The translations under genes were made by a program, and so were the position numbers. The notes under the pieces were generated by a model. The model searched no databases. It saw nothing but the letters and a program-made list of their open reading frames with translations, and was not told the origin of the DNA. From an uncultured Fimbriimonadaceae bacterium (GTDB lineage Bacteria > Armatimonadota > Fimbriimonadia > Fimbriimonadales > Fimbriimonadaceae), in NCBI GenBank assembly GCA_964539295.1, contig CAZIIS010000010.1:1-43718 (forward strand): a stretch of DNA of 43,718 bases, written 5' to 3'. Shown in pieces: positions 29,154 to 38,646 of this stretch; within the stretch, counting starts at the first letter, position 1; every line of letters starts with the position of its first letter.

Positions 29154-29956
29154 GGCGAGATGACGGCCGGGAAGTGCCACTCCTTCAGGATGCCGAGCTC
29201 CGTGAGCGCTTGGCCGAAGCGGGCCATGCCGCGCCACTGCTCGGGTCCGAACCGGTAGTGCATCGTCTTGGTGAGGTAGTCCAGGCACACCCGTTCCGGC
29301 ACCCCTATCTTCGGGGCAACGTCGCGCGCGATGTCGGATAGACCAGCCCGGTCCCGGACGACCGATGCGGAGAGCTCGCGCGCGAGCTCCGGCGAAAGGT
29401 CGTCGCCCCCCAGCCAGACCGCCCACACGAACGGGGCGTGGAACCGCTTGCGCCACCAGGCGCCGAGGTCGAGCACGGTCAGCCCAGCGCCGTCGGCGGC
29501 CATGCCGGCGTCGCCGATCATCACGCACGCGTCGTGCCGCTCGAGCATCGCCCGCAGGTCGGGTGGGCAGGGCTCGGTCTCGGGGCGGAGCCCGAACTCG
29601 TCGTGCAGGAGCACCTGGGCGAGGGCGTTGCTGGTCATCGAGCTGAGGTCGAGCGCCAGCGAACGGATGCGCTCGGGCGGGACCTTGCTGAACAGGCGCA
29701 CGCTCTGGACCGCTCCACGGGTGGTGACGGCGGTTCCCCCGGCGACCCGCGCGCCGGGCGTGGCGAGCGCGCGGATCGAGGAGACCATGATCGCTTGGGC
29801 CTTGCCGGACCGGAGCAGTTCCGGCAGGCGGGAGGGCACGTCGTAGAGCACGCGGACCGGGCTCTCCTCGCCGCGGCGCTCGAACGACCAGACCATCGGT
29901 TTGCCGTTAAGGTACGGAACGCTGCCGACGGTCCATCTCACCCTGTCCATAGGCAT
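29150..29956 (-). CDS. MqnA/MqnD-family protein (futalosine-pathway menaquinone biosynthesis; periplasmic-binding-like fold)
   Basis: 'VGSVPYLNGKPM' matches the MqnA/MqnD N-terminal signature. AGGAAGG Shine-Dalgarno before ATG 29956. The ORF-table extension to 30067 is not needed. Confidence 0.6.
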   Translation of the reverse strand: MPMDRVRWTVGSVPYLNGKPMVWSFERRGEESPVRVLYDVPSRLPELLRSGKAQAIMVSSIRALATPGARVAGGTAVTTRGAVQSVRLFSKVPPERIRSLALDLSSMTSNALAQVLLHDEFGLRPETEPCPPDLRAMLERHDACVMIGDAGMAADGAGLTVLDLGAWWRKRFHAPFVWAVWLGGDDLSPELARELSASVVRDRAGLSDIARDVAPKIGVPERVCLDYLTKTMHYRFGPEQWRGMARFGQALTELGILKEWHFPAVISP

Positions 29957-29958
29957 GG

Positions 29959-30681
29959 TTATACCTTCCTGGCAACGGCCACCACGCTGCTGCCCCATGG
30001 CAGGGCCCATCGCTCGATCAGGTTGGCCTCGAAATCCATTAACTGCACCAGGGCGCGGTTCATCCAAGCCGGAACCGGCGGAAGGCTGGCCTCGGCAGGG
30101 CCGCGTTTGAGCTTCTCGACCACGCGAACCGCCACGAGCGCCGGGAAGAGCAGGAAGACGCTGTAGGTGAGCCGTTCGGGGCGGAAACCGGCCTCCTCAA
30201 GCAGCTTTCTCACCTGCGGTCGGGTGTAGCGCCGCCGGTGCATGAGCGCGACGTCGTGCGGCCCCCAAAGCCACCGGAACGCGGGCACGTTCATCACCAG
30301 CAGCCCGCCGGGCTTGAGCACCCTCGCGGCCTCGCGCAGCGCCCCCAGGTCGTCGGGGATGTGTTCCACCGTGTCCAGCGTGACCACCACGTCGAACGAG
30401 CCGTCGTGAAACGGAAGGTGGCGGGCGTCGGCGCGAACGAGGTCGTCGAGCCCGCGGTGGCGGCAATAGGAGAGGGCCACGTCGCTGAGGTCGAGGCCGA
30501 TCGTGGGGCCGCGCTCCCGAAGCGCCTTCAGCACCGCGCCGGCGCCGCAACCCAGGTCGAGCGCCTTGGCGCCGCGGGGGGCCACCCGGTCGAGGAGCCG
30601 CAGCGCCAGGCGTCGCCGGGCCACGAACCACCAATAGCGGTCCTCCATGTGATACAGGCGCGCGTATTCCTCAGTCTGCAC
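29959..30681 (-). CDS. Class I SAM-dependent methyltransferase
   Basis: 'ALDLGCGAGAV' motif I and 'LKPGGLLVM' post-motif II. Length is 240 aa. Confidence 0.75.
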   Translation of the reverse strand: MQTEEYARLYHMEDRYWWFVARRRLALRLLDRVAPRGAKALDLGCGAGAVLKALRERGPTIGLDLSDVALSYCRHRGLDDLVRADARHLPFHDGSFDVVVTLDTVEHIPDDLGALREAARVLKPGGLLVMNVPAFRWLWGPHDVALMHRRRYTRPQVRKLLEEAGFRPERLTYSVFLLFPALVAVRVVEKLKRGPAEASLPPVPAWMNRALVQLMDFEANLIERWALPWGSSVVAVARKV

Positions 30682-31411
30682 GGGGCTCCAGACGCCTCTT
30701 CTTGCCCATCAACCTCAGCCGCACCAGGTCGCGCAACATGCGCGGCCCGTCCCGCAGCACGACCACCTTCGACCCCTCCTGGTGCGCCCATCGGATCGGC
30801 GCCTCGGCGATCGTGTAGCCCAGGTCGCGGGCCACCATCAGCGCCTCGAAGTCGAAGCTGAAGCCGTTCAGCTTGCATCTTCGGAAGATGTCGTGCGCCG
30901 CCTCGCTGCGGAAGAGCTTGAAGCCGCACTGCGTGTCGCTGATGCCGCCGACCGCCAGCAACCGCACCGCCTTGTTGAACGCCCGGCCCAGCCACTCCCG
31001 ATAGAACGGCTGGTGCACCACCAACTGGCTCTCACGCAGGGGTCGGCTGCCGATCGCCACCGACTCGCCGGCGTCGATCGCCTTGAAGAGCTTCTCCACC
31101 TCCTCGATCGGCGCGGCCAGGTCGGCGTCCGAGAAGAGGATGAGGTCGGCCTTGGCGGCCAGTATGCCGTGGCGCACCGCGTACCCTTTGCCCCGGTTGG
31201 GCGAGTAGGCCAGAAGCGAGAAGCCGGGGTGGTCCTTGGCGAACTCCTCCACCTTGGCGTTCGTGCCGTCCTTGCTGCCGTCGCTGACGATAACGACGGT
31301 CCAGGTGTACGGTTGACCGGACAGGTACTCCGCCATTCGTTGCATCGTCGGGCCGATGCGGGCCTCTTCGTTATACGCCGGCACGACCACGGCGAGACGG
31401 GGTTGGCTCAA
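30671..31411 (-). CDS. Family 2 glycosyltransferase (polyprenyl-phosphate sugar transferase type)
   Basis: 'VVVPAYNEE', 'VIVSDGSKDGT', 'DADL' and 'QCGFK' are GT2/DPM1-like motifs. Confidence 0.8.
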   Translation of the reverse strand: MSQPRLAVVVPAYNEEARIGPTMQRMAEYLSGQPYTWTVVIVSDGSKDGTNAKVEEFAKDHPGFSLLAYSPNRGKGYAVRHGILAAKADLILFSDADLAAPIEEVEKLFKAIDAGESVAIGSRPLRESQLVVHQPFYREWLGRAFNKAVRLLAVGGISDTQCGFKLFRSEAAHDIFRRCKLNGFSFDFEALMVARDLGYTIAEAPIRWAHQEGSKVVVLRDGPRMLRDLVRLRLMGKKRRLEPRAD

Positions 31412-31479
31412 TGTGCGCAGAGTCTACCAGCGCGGCTGTGGCGGCAGGATTGGCGGTCGCATGCGCCCAAGAAGCGGTT

Positions 31480-34400
31480 ATGATGCTGATCGTGGGTTTC
31501 GACGTCGCGCCGTTTGCGTTGCCGGGTTGCGAGCCGGGAGAGGTTCGGTTCGAGGAGCCGCGTGAGGTGGTACGGGTCGAGGCCCGGTTCTCGGGCCCGG
31601 CGCCAGAGGGGCTTCGGTTGGAGCGTCTGGTGGGCCCGGCCACCGAAAGGGACGTTGCATCCGACAGGCCGTTTGAGCAGCCGTGCTGGTACGGCTGGGT
31701 ACCGATCGACGACCAGTTCAACACGCGCTGGGTCGAGGCCGGGGTCGAGCGTTCGGCGCAGGGCGACGCGTCGGTTTTCGAGGTGCAGCCGCTTCGGACG
31801 CTGGGCGTGCGGGTGGTTCCCGCCGAGGGGTTGGAGTCGGTTCGCGTCTTCACGACGGGCGCGCCGGCCGAAACGCGGTTGCGCGTGCACCTGGACTGCG
31901 GCGGGCCGACGCGCGAGGGCCGCTTCGGCGCGTCGGGCTACAACGCCGTAGTCGGCGAGCCAGAACCGGCCGGCGCGCGGTGCTACGAGATCCCGGTCCG
32001 TCACATGGTCCCGCGAGGGTGGGACTCGGGGGACGACGGGCTGGTGACGATCGACCTGGGGAACGACCTGTTCACCGTTTCGCTGACCGACCTCGCCGAA
32101 GGGGGGCCTATATGGTACGAGCATCGGAGCGTTTTCGTCACCCGCGCGGACGACCCGACCTCGTTCGAGCAGTACCGGGCCGCGCACGAGGGGGCGCAGA
32201 CCGTGGCGCAGATGGTGAGCGAGCACGCCGAGCAGAGCCTGGCGCGCGCGATCAACGGCCAACCGAAGCCCCATTGGGTCAGCACCGCGCTCGGTTTCCC
32301 GCATTCGCGCCACCGTTACCGCCTGGAGGCGAACGGCGACCTCTACCTGCACAAGCCGGACGTGACGCGGTTTCCCGGGCCGGACACGCCGCTCTGGAAG
32401 GCCGCGGGCAGCGCGCGGTTCCTCTTCGGGCTGGAGCATGCCGTGCCGTTGGCGCGGTACCCGGACCCCTCGCCCGTGCTGACGATGAACGCGCGGTTTC
32501 GGCGGGGCTCGATCGAGGTGGAGCAGCGCGCGTTCGCCGCTCCGCTGATGCGGTCGCCCTCGTCGGGCGAACTCAGGGGCGACGAGCCGACCGCCGCGCT
32601 GGTACGGTTCACCTTCACCAATCGGGGTGCGGAGCCGACCGAGGCGCGGCTGACCGTCGGGTACAGCCAGGACTCGGCGCGCTCGCAGGGCCCGTATGCG
32701 ACGGGGGGACAAGACGACCGGCTGGTCCCAACCTCTGGACGGGACAAGCTCGCGGTCGAAGGCGATGCACTGCTTTCGGGCTTTGAGGGCGAGCGGGTCG
32801 TGCGGGCCGTGGCGGGGACCACCATGCAGGCCGTGGCGGAGGGCGGGGGCGTCCGGTTCTCGCGGCCGTTGGCCCCCGGGGCGAGCTGCCAGTTGGTGCT
32901 CAAGGTTCCGTTCGTCGCGCCCGATGCGGCCGGCTTGGAGGCGCTGCGCAAGCTGGACTTCGAGCGTCTGGACAGGGACCTGACCGGGTTCTGGCGCGAG
33001 GAGGGGGCTCGGGGCGCGCAGATCCGCACGCCGGAGCCGCGACTGGACGCGCTGCACCGCGCCCAGCCCGCGCACGTGGCGATCACCGACTTCGCCATGC
33101 CCGACGGCTCGGGCCTGATCAACACTTCGGTCGGTACGTCCACCTACGGCAACTTCACGAACGAGTCGTGCATGGTGATCCACGACCTGGACGAACGGGG
33201 CCGGCACGCCGACGCCCGACGACGGCTTGACCTTTTGGTTAAGTACCAGGGAACCGCGCCGCAGCCGGGCAACTTCACCGATTTCGACGGCATGTTCTTC
33301 GGGGCCGGCGGGTTCGAGGAGGGGGCGTACAACCAACACCACGGTTGGGCGATGTGGGCGCTCGCCGAGCATTATCTGATCACCCGCGATTCGGAGTGGA
33401 TGGCCCGCACCGCGCCGGCGATGGTGGCGGGGGCGGACTGGGTTTTCCGGCAGCGGCTGAACACCAAGGCGCCGCTTCCCCACTCGCGCGGCTGGGAGCG
33501 CGGGCTGTTGCCCGCCGGGAGCCTGGAGGACGTGACCGACTTCCAGTACTGGCTGAGCACGAACGCGGTCACCTGGCGCGGGGTGAACGCGGTGGCCGAG
33601 GCGCTGGCGAAGGCGAAACACCCCGAGGCGGGGCGGATCACGGTGGAGGCGGCCGCATACCGGGCGGACATCCTGACGGCGTTCGACGCGATGCGGGTGC
33701 GCGCGCCGTTGGTGCGGCTTCGCGACGGCCGCTCGGTGCCCCATGTCCCCAGTCGGATCTACCGGCGCGGGCGGGACGTGGGCTGGATTCGCGAGACGCT
33801 GGAGGGCGCGATCTACCTGCTGATCGGCGGGTTGGTCGAGCCCGACACGCCGATGGCGGGCTGGATACTGGACGACTACCAGGACAACCGCTACTTGCGG
33901 CCGCCGTACGGGTACGGGATCGCCGACGAGGCGAGCGACCTGTTCGGTCGGGGCGGCTTCTCCATCCAGCCGAACCTGCTCGGTGGGTTGCTTCCCTATC
34001 TGGACCGGGACGAGCCGGAGGTGGCGATCTGGATGCTGATGAACGGCTGGGCGGCGTGCCTGCGGGGGGACGTGAACGCGCTGGCCGAGCATCCGATGCC
34101 GGTGCTCGGTTTCTCCAACGAGGCGCAGTTCAAAACGAGCGACGAGGCGAACGCCTGCTCGTGGCTGCGCTCGCTGTTTGTCTACGCTTCGCGGGGCGTG
34201 TTGCACCTGGGGCGGGCGCTGCCGCGCGCCTGGTTCGCCGACGGCGAGCGGATGGCGCTGGTAGGGGCGGCGACGCGCTTCGGGCGGGTCTCGGTGAGCT
34301 ACCGGTCGGAGCTGGCGCAGGGGCGGATCGTGGCGGAGGTGGAGACCAAGCTGCACGAGGCGCCGGGGCGGGCGCTGCTGCGGTTCCGGCACCCGGAGGG

Positions 34401-34518
34401 CCGTCCGATCGCGCGCGCGACGGTGGAGGAGCACGACGCGGAGTTCGACCCGGTGTCGGGCGACGTGGAGCTTCCGGCCACCTCCGGCCACCACGTGGTG
34501 GTGGCGGAGTACGACTGA
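31480..34518 (+). CDS. Large (about 1012 aa) hypothetical protein; unverified resemblance to alpha/alpha-barrel glycoside-hydrolase-like proteins
   Basis: Uninterrupted ORF with coding-type codon bias. The ATG pair at 31480 avoids overlap with the divergent GT2 start. Aromatic-rich blocks such as 'YNQHHGWAMWALAEHYLITRD' occur. No motif could be assigned with confidence. Confidence 0.5.
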   Translation: MMLIVGFDVAPFALPGCEPGEVRFEEPREVVRVEARFSGPAPEGLRLERLVGPATERDVASDRPFEQPCWYGWVPIDDQFNTRWVEAGVERSAQGDASVFEVQPLRTLGVRVVPAEGLESVRVFTTGAPAETRLRVHLDCGGPTREGRFGASGYNAVVGEPEPAGARCYEIPVRHMVPRGWDSGDDGLVTIDLGNDLFTVSLTDLAEGGPIWYEHRSVFVTRADDPTSFEQYRAAHEGAQTVAQMVSEHAEQSLARAINGQPKPHWVSTALGFPHSRHRYRLEANGDLYLHKPDVTRFPGPDTPLWKAAGSARFLFGLEHAVPLARYPDPSPVLTMNARFRRGSIEVEQRAFAAPLMRSPSSGELRGDEPTAALVRFTFTNRGAEPTEARLTVGYSQDSARSQGPYATGGQDDRLVPTSGRDKLAVEGDALLSGFEGERVVRAVAGTTMQAVAEGGGVRFSRPLAPGASCQLVLKVPFVAPDAAGLEALRKLDFERLDRDLTGFWREEGARGAQIRTPEPRLDALHRAQPAHVAITDFAMPDGSGLINTSVGTSTYGNFTNESCMVIHDLDERGRHADARRRLDLLVKYQGTAPQPGNFTDFDGMFFGAGGFEEGAYNQHHGWAMWALAEHYLITRDSEWMARTAPAMVAGADWVFRQRLNTKAPLPHSRGWERGLLPAGSLEDVTDFQYWLSTNAVTWRGVNAVAEALAKAKHPEAGRITVEAAAYRADILTAFDAMRVRAPLVRLRDGRSVPHVPSRIYRRGRDVGWIRETLEGAIYLLIGGLVEPDTPMAGWILDDYQDNRYLRPPYGYGIADEASDLFGRGGFSIQPNLLGGLLPYLDRDEPEVAIWMLMNGWAACLRGDVNALAEHPMPVLGFSNEAQFKTSDEANACSWLRSLFVYASRGVLHLGRALPRAWFADGERMALVGAATRFGRVSVSYRSELAQGRIVAEVETKLHEAPGRALLRFRHPEGRPIARATVEEHDAEFDPVSGDVELPATSGHHVVVAEYD

Positions 34519-34721
34519 TCGCGGCAAGGGGAGACGGCTCGGGCGCCTGCGCAAAAACGTGCGCAAACGGCGCAAGATCGCGAAACCCTGGTAGTGTAGG
34601 AACGTCTCATATCTGCGTAACGACGCATGGGCTCTGCTATCGTCGCTGTTCTTAACTGGGGCGACGTGATTGGCCCTCGCGTCATCCAAACGCAAATCGA
34701 CCGCGGGAGTGTGAGGTACCG

Positions 34722-35948
34722 ATGACCCTACGAGCAATGGGAACAGCGCTGTTCATCGGCGCTTGCGCTTGCGCGTTCGCGCAGGCTGACGTCAGTCAGG
34801 ACCAGGGCGTCGAGAGAGCGAAGTCTCTCCGGTTGCGCGCGGCCTGTGGATACGGGACGAGCGTGCAGGGCCCTGCGCTCTCGGAGGGGGAGCCGAGTTC
34901 GGAACGGCACGACGTTCACACCGACAGTTTCGGCGTGTGGTTCGGCGACGCTACAGTGCTGGTCAAGGTGAAGACCGGTCGCATATGGGGCTTCGATCTC
35001 CCGAACGCGCAGCGGCGCGCCCTGTCGCAAGGGCCGTGGGATACCAGCTTGGCGCCGCCGCGCGAGAAGCTGGAACGGTTGGCGACGGAGTACTACCATG
35101 CCGCCGGCGAGACCTGCTCGGCGCTCCTATGGGAGGTGACGCCGTCTGCGGAGGGAACGATAGAGCTTGCCACGTCCCCGGTGATTGAAGGCCATCGGCT
35201 CAGCAGAGACGCCATGGACTACATGACGATCGACGCCCGCACCGGTCGGCTGATCGAGCTCCATCGCTACCACACGGTCGTGACTCCGGTCGGATCCAGA
35301 ACCGTGACGGTGAAGCCGGAGGAGGTGAGCGCGCGCGTCGCCGCGGCGGCTTTGGCGCGGGGAACCGCGACTTCGTTTGTGGAGACCGAGGGGCCGGAGC
35401 TCATCTGGTGGAGGCCGAGGTGCCGCAAAGGTGAATGCGCCCATTATGAAGAGCACCAACGGATGGCGAAGAACGCCGAAGCGATCCTCGTCTACTACGT
35501 GCGCTTCACCGACTTCTCGCGCCGGTTGCCCAGCGGGAGGGAGGACACGGGTTGGTGGTACGACGGCTACGTGGACCCCGCCACGGGCGAGTTGCTCCTG
35601 CTCTACCGGTTCGAGGACATGCTTCCATACGGAGTAGGAGGCGGGACGCCGGCGAAGTCCCAAGCGGCCCCAGTGGCCGGCTGGACATGGCCGTCCAAGC
35701 CGGTGACGGTGCTCGGCGCCAAGGGCAAGGGATCGCTCTCCAGGACGGACCTCGAGGCGCTCGCCGCCGACCCGGGGGCAGACGGCAAGGGAGCTCCGCT
35801 TACGTTGGTGGACGGCAAGCGCTACGTGCGTGCGGAGTTCTGGCGCGCCGGCCGCTTGTTGCGTGTCTGGACGGGCGGGGACCAGAGCGGTTGGTACCGC
35901 GCGAGCGACCGGTCGGCGAAGCGATTGGCCAAGCTGGCGGGCGGGTAG
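34722..35948 (+). CDS. Secreted hypothetical protein, paralog A of a tandem triplet (PepSY-like 'TGR-hydrophobic' modules)
   Basis: GAGG Shine-Dalgarno and a signal peptide. Shares 'TGRL(L/I)EL', 'YY/RYAKAAG' and C-terminal blocks with the next two genes. Its 3' flank GCGGAACCTGCGGGCGG resembles the flank after paralog C. Confidence 0.6.
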   Translation: MTLRAMGTALFIGACACAFAQADVSQDQGVERAKSLRLRAACGYGTSVQGPALSEGEPSSERHDVHTDSFGVWFGDATVLVKVKTGRIWGFDLPNAQRRALSQGPWDTSLAPPREKLERLATEYYHAAGETCSALLWEVTPSAEGTIELATSPVIEGHRLSRDAMDYMTIDARTGRLIELHRYHTVVTPVGSRTVTVKPEEVSARVAAAALARGTATSFVETEGPELIWWRPRCRKGECAHYEEHQRMAKNAEAILVYYVRFTDFSRRLPSGREDTGWWYDGYVDPATGELLLLYRFEDMLPYGVGGGTPAKSQAAPVAGWTWPSKPVTVLGAKGKGSLSRTDLEALAADPGADGKGAPLTLVDGKRYVRAEFWRAGRLLRVWTGGDQSGWYRASDRSAKRLAKLAGG

Positions 35949-36053
35949 AGCGGAACCTGCGGGCGGCGTGCCAGGGAACAGCCCTCTGTCGCGCCGCCCA
36001 GTTGGCTGCAAGAAACCAGGAGCATGGGCTGTGACTGAACGTTGAGGTTGCTG

Positions 36054-37319
36054 ATGGTTTGTCGTCTTCTAGCGTGGGGTTTTGTCGTCGGCCTGTCGCT
36101 CGCGTCGGCCTTCGCCTGTGCGGCTGACCTGACGCCGCAAGAGGCCATTGCCAAGGTGGTCGCCTTCCAGCGCGTCGCGGCCGCCGGTCGAGGGAGCCGG
36201 GTGCAGGGGCCGCCGATTCACGAGAAGGCGATCGCGGTCGTCAACGACCGGGAGGACCCCGGCTGCTACCGAGTGAACCTTGGTTCGATGGAGGCCACGG
36301 TCCAGAAAAGCGACGGCCTGATCCGATTCGCCGACTTCGCGTGGCGTTCGCTCGACGAGGAGAAACGTTTCCCGGACCGGTGGGAGCCCGAAAGCGCACT
36401 GCGGGAGTCGGTCGTCAAGTCTCTGTGCAACCGGTATGCCAAGGCGGCCGGCTACCCGATGTCGCTCGTCTGCGAGTCGATCTCCTTGAGCGGGAAAGGC
36501 GGCGTGCGGTTCGGCGAGATCGGGTTCGAAGTTTGGGCGCACCCCGAGTACAAGGGCGTGGCTGGGCATTCGAACGTCTTCTTGACCTTGGAGTACCGTA
36601 CCGGCCGCCTGCTCCGGATGTCTTTGGGCCCCAAACCGCCACGGCCGCCGGACGACCTCAGGCCGACGTTCGGCGCCGGCCAGGCGCAAGCCCGGGCTTT
36701 GACGTACGCCTTCGGCGAGGGCATAAACCGGGCGTTGTTCCAGATGGCGCCATGCCCGGTGCTGGAGTTCTGGCAACCGACTCCTGCGGACCCAAACGCG
36801 CGTGGAGGAAGGAGCTTCGTGACCGAACAGGACGTGGCGCTGGGCAAGGCCGGAAAAAGCCTGTTGGTTTGGTGCGATCGGTACGTAGCGCTCGCAAACC
36901 CCGCGAGCCTGGACGCCACCACGACGCAGATCTACGAGATCCTGCTCGACGCCAAGACGGGCCGGGTTGTGCATGTCCAGCGGCCGTTCGGCCAGCAAAC
37001 CGGCGCAGCGCCGTGGAAGTGGCGCGACGTGGGCGCCGTCTCGGCGGTGATCATGGGCGAGCGGCGAATGGAGGTGAGCGTCGGCACGGTGCACCCGTCA
37101 GTGGCCAAACCCCCGTCGGACGGAGCGCCTATCATCCTGGTTTTCGGTCGGAAGGCGATGCGAGGGTCCTACAGCGCCAAAGCGAACCTCCTGACCGCGA
37201 CGCACGGCGGCCAAACGCGGGTCGGCGTGCCCAGCCCAAACCTGGCCGAGAAGCTGGCGGCCTTCGTGGCTCAACAGAAGCCGCCGGACGGCGCGCGCGG
37301 GGTGGAACGCATCCGATAG
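36054..37319 (+). CDS. Secreted hypothetical protein, paralog B
   Basis: ATG 36054 is preceded by GAGGTTG. The signal peptide 'WGFVVGLSLASAFACAADLTPQEA' is nearly identical at DNA level to paralog C. Contains 'LANRYAKAAGYP', 'LEYRTGRLLRMSL' and 'LDAKTGRVVHVQRP'. Confidence 0.65.
   Translation: MVCRLLAWGFVVGLSLASAFACAADLTPQEAIAKVVAFQRVAAAGRGSRVQGPPIHEKAIAVVNDREDPGCYRVNLGSMEATVQKSDGLIRFADFAWRSLDEEKRFPDRWEPESALRESVVKSLCNRYAKAAGYPMSLVCESISLSGKGGVRFGEIGFEVWAHPEYKGVAGHSNVFLTLEYRTGRLLRMSLGPKPPRPPDDLRPTFGAGQAQARALTYAFGEGINRALFQMAPCPVLEFWQPTPADPNARGGRSFVTEQDVALGKAGKSLLVWCDRYVALANPASLDATTTQIYEILLDAKTGRVVHVQRPFGQQTGAAPWKWRDVGAVSAVIMGERRMEVSVGTVHPSVAKPPSDGAPIILVFGRKAMRGSYSAKANLLTATHGGQTRVGVPSPNLAEKLAAFVAQQKPPDGARGVERIR
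36075..36140 (+). repeat. Near-identical DNA segment, about 65 nt at about 95% identity, shared with 37387-37452 (5' ends of paralogs B and C)
   Basis: TGGGGTTTTGTCGTCGGCCTGTCGCTCGCGTCGGCCTT is identical in both copies, followed by GCCTGTGCGGC and GACGCCG blocks with about 3 mismatches. Confidence 0.7.
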
Positions 37320-37364
37320 TCGCGCGTCAACAGACTAAGCTATGTCCGGACGAAGGTGATCCTG

Positions 37365-38588
37365 ATGAGGCGTTGTGTCTCTGCTTGGGGTTTTGTCGTC
37401 GGCCTGTCGCTCGCGTCGGCCTTAGCCTGTGCGGCCGACTTGACGCCGGAGCAGGCGGTGCAACGCCTGGTGGAGTTCCAGCGCATCGTCGCGAAGGGGG
37501 GCGGCAAGACCGTAGAGGGGCCGCCGGCGAACGAAACCGGGTGCGAGTGCCAGGAGGAGGCGAGTAGCCCTGGTTACTACAGAGTGCTCGTGGGCTATGC
37601 CACGGCGCTGGTCCGCAAAAGCGACGGCTTCATCTGCTCGGCCAACCTGACGGCGGGGCTGAAGGGGTACGAGCTTCGGGAACTCGACGAGCCGTGGGAT
37701 GCGGCGCGCGCGCTCAAGCACTCGACCATTGAGATGCTGGCGAACCGATATGCCAAGGCCGCCGGGTTTCCCCTGAAGCTGAAGGTCGCGGGCGAGTTCC
37801 GGCAGGGTGTGACCTTCTTCGTCTGCGCCGACCGCCTTCACGCAGGGGTCGTGGGCCCTCCCGACGTGAGCCTGAGGTTGCATTACCGGACCGGTCGGCT
37901 TCTCGAACTGATCCTCGATGAACGGGTTCCGGCGCCGCCGGCGGAGATGAGGCCGCGAGTGAAGCCCGGCGCGGCTCGAGACACGGCGTTGGGGTTTGTC
38001 TATGGCGCCTACCCCGACGCCGGAGTGCTGGACGCCTTCCCCGCGCCTCAACTTTGTTTCTGGCAGCCTGCGCCCGTGTACAACGCCGAGAGGCAGCGTA
38101 GCTTTTTGACCCCCGAGGACCTGGAGGTTGGGCAGCGGGGCGGGTCGCTCCTCGTTTGGCGCGACGATTACGCATGCCCGGGCAGTTTCGACGGGAAGTA
38201 CCTCCGTCGGGGGTACATGGTCACCATCGACGCGAGGGATGGACGGGTGTTGCTGGTGGAGGCATGGTCGACACAGGAGGCTGGCAAGCCCGCGCTGCCA
38301 ACCTTGCTGCCCAAGAACTGGGAGGAACTGGGCAAGGCGACCGGCGTCTTCATCGCCGGCAAGACGTACCGGTTCCGGCCGGTGGCGGTGGCGCCGTCTT
38401 CAGCGACCGCGCCCAACGGGGCCATACCGGTGGTTCTGTCGTTCGGGAGCCGATTTGTGCCAGGTGGGTACGACGCGGGCACGGGGATGGTCACCGCTTG
38501 CCTCGGGGACGTGACGCTCGTCGGCGTGCCGAGCGGGGGGCTGGCCAAGGCGTTGGCCAAGGCCGGGCCCGCCACGGCCCGCCGCTAG
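37365..38588 (+). CDS. Secreted hypothetical protein, paralog C
   Basis: ATG 37365 is preceded by GAAGGTGA. 'WGFVVGLSLASALACAADLTPEQA', 'LANRYAKAAGFP', 'LHYRTGRLLELIL' and 'IDARDGRVLLVEAW'. Confidence 0.65.
   Translation: MRRCVSAWGFVVGLSLASALACAADLTPEQAVQRLVEFQRIVAKGGGKTVEGPPANETGCECQEEASSPGYYRVLVGYATALVRKSDGFICSANLTAGLKGYELRELDEPWDAARALKHSTIEMLANRYAKAAGFPLKLKVAGEFRQGVTFFVCADRLHAGVVGPPDVSLRLHYRTGRLLELILDERVPAPPAEMRPRVKPGAARDTALGFVYGAYPDAGVLDAFPAPQLCFWQPAPVYNAERQRSFLTPEDLEVGQRGGSLLVWRDDYACPGSFDGKYLRRGYMVTIDARDGRVLLVEAWSTQEAGKPALPTLLPKNWEELGKATGVFIAGKTYRFRPVAVAPSSATAPNGAIPVVLSFGSRFVPGGYDAGTGMVTACLGDVTLVGVPSGGLAKALAKAGPATARR
37387..37452 (+). repeat. Second copy of the near-identical 5' segment (see 36075-36140)
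   Basis: Direct alignment by eye of the two signal-peptide coding regions. Confidence 0.7.
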
Positions 38589-38646
38589 GCGGGGAACCTG
38601 CCCGCGTCCCCGGTGGTAAAAACGGGTGGGCCGAGCGCCGAGGACG

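Noticed and set aside
35949-36053. GGGCGGCG...CGCCGCCC inverted repeat after paralog A as a terminator
   Set aside because: The loop is large (about 24 nt) and there is no downstream T-tract. More likely it is part of the duplicated 3' flank than a functional intrinsic terminator.
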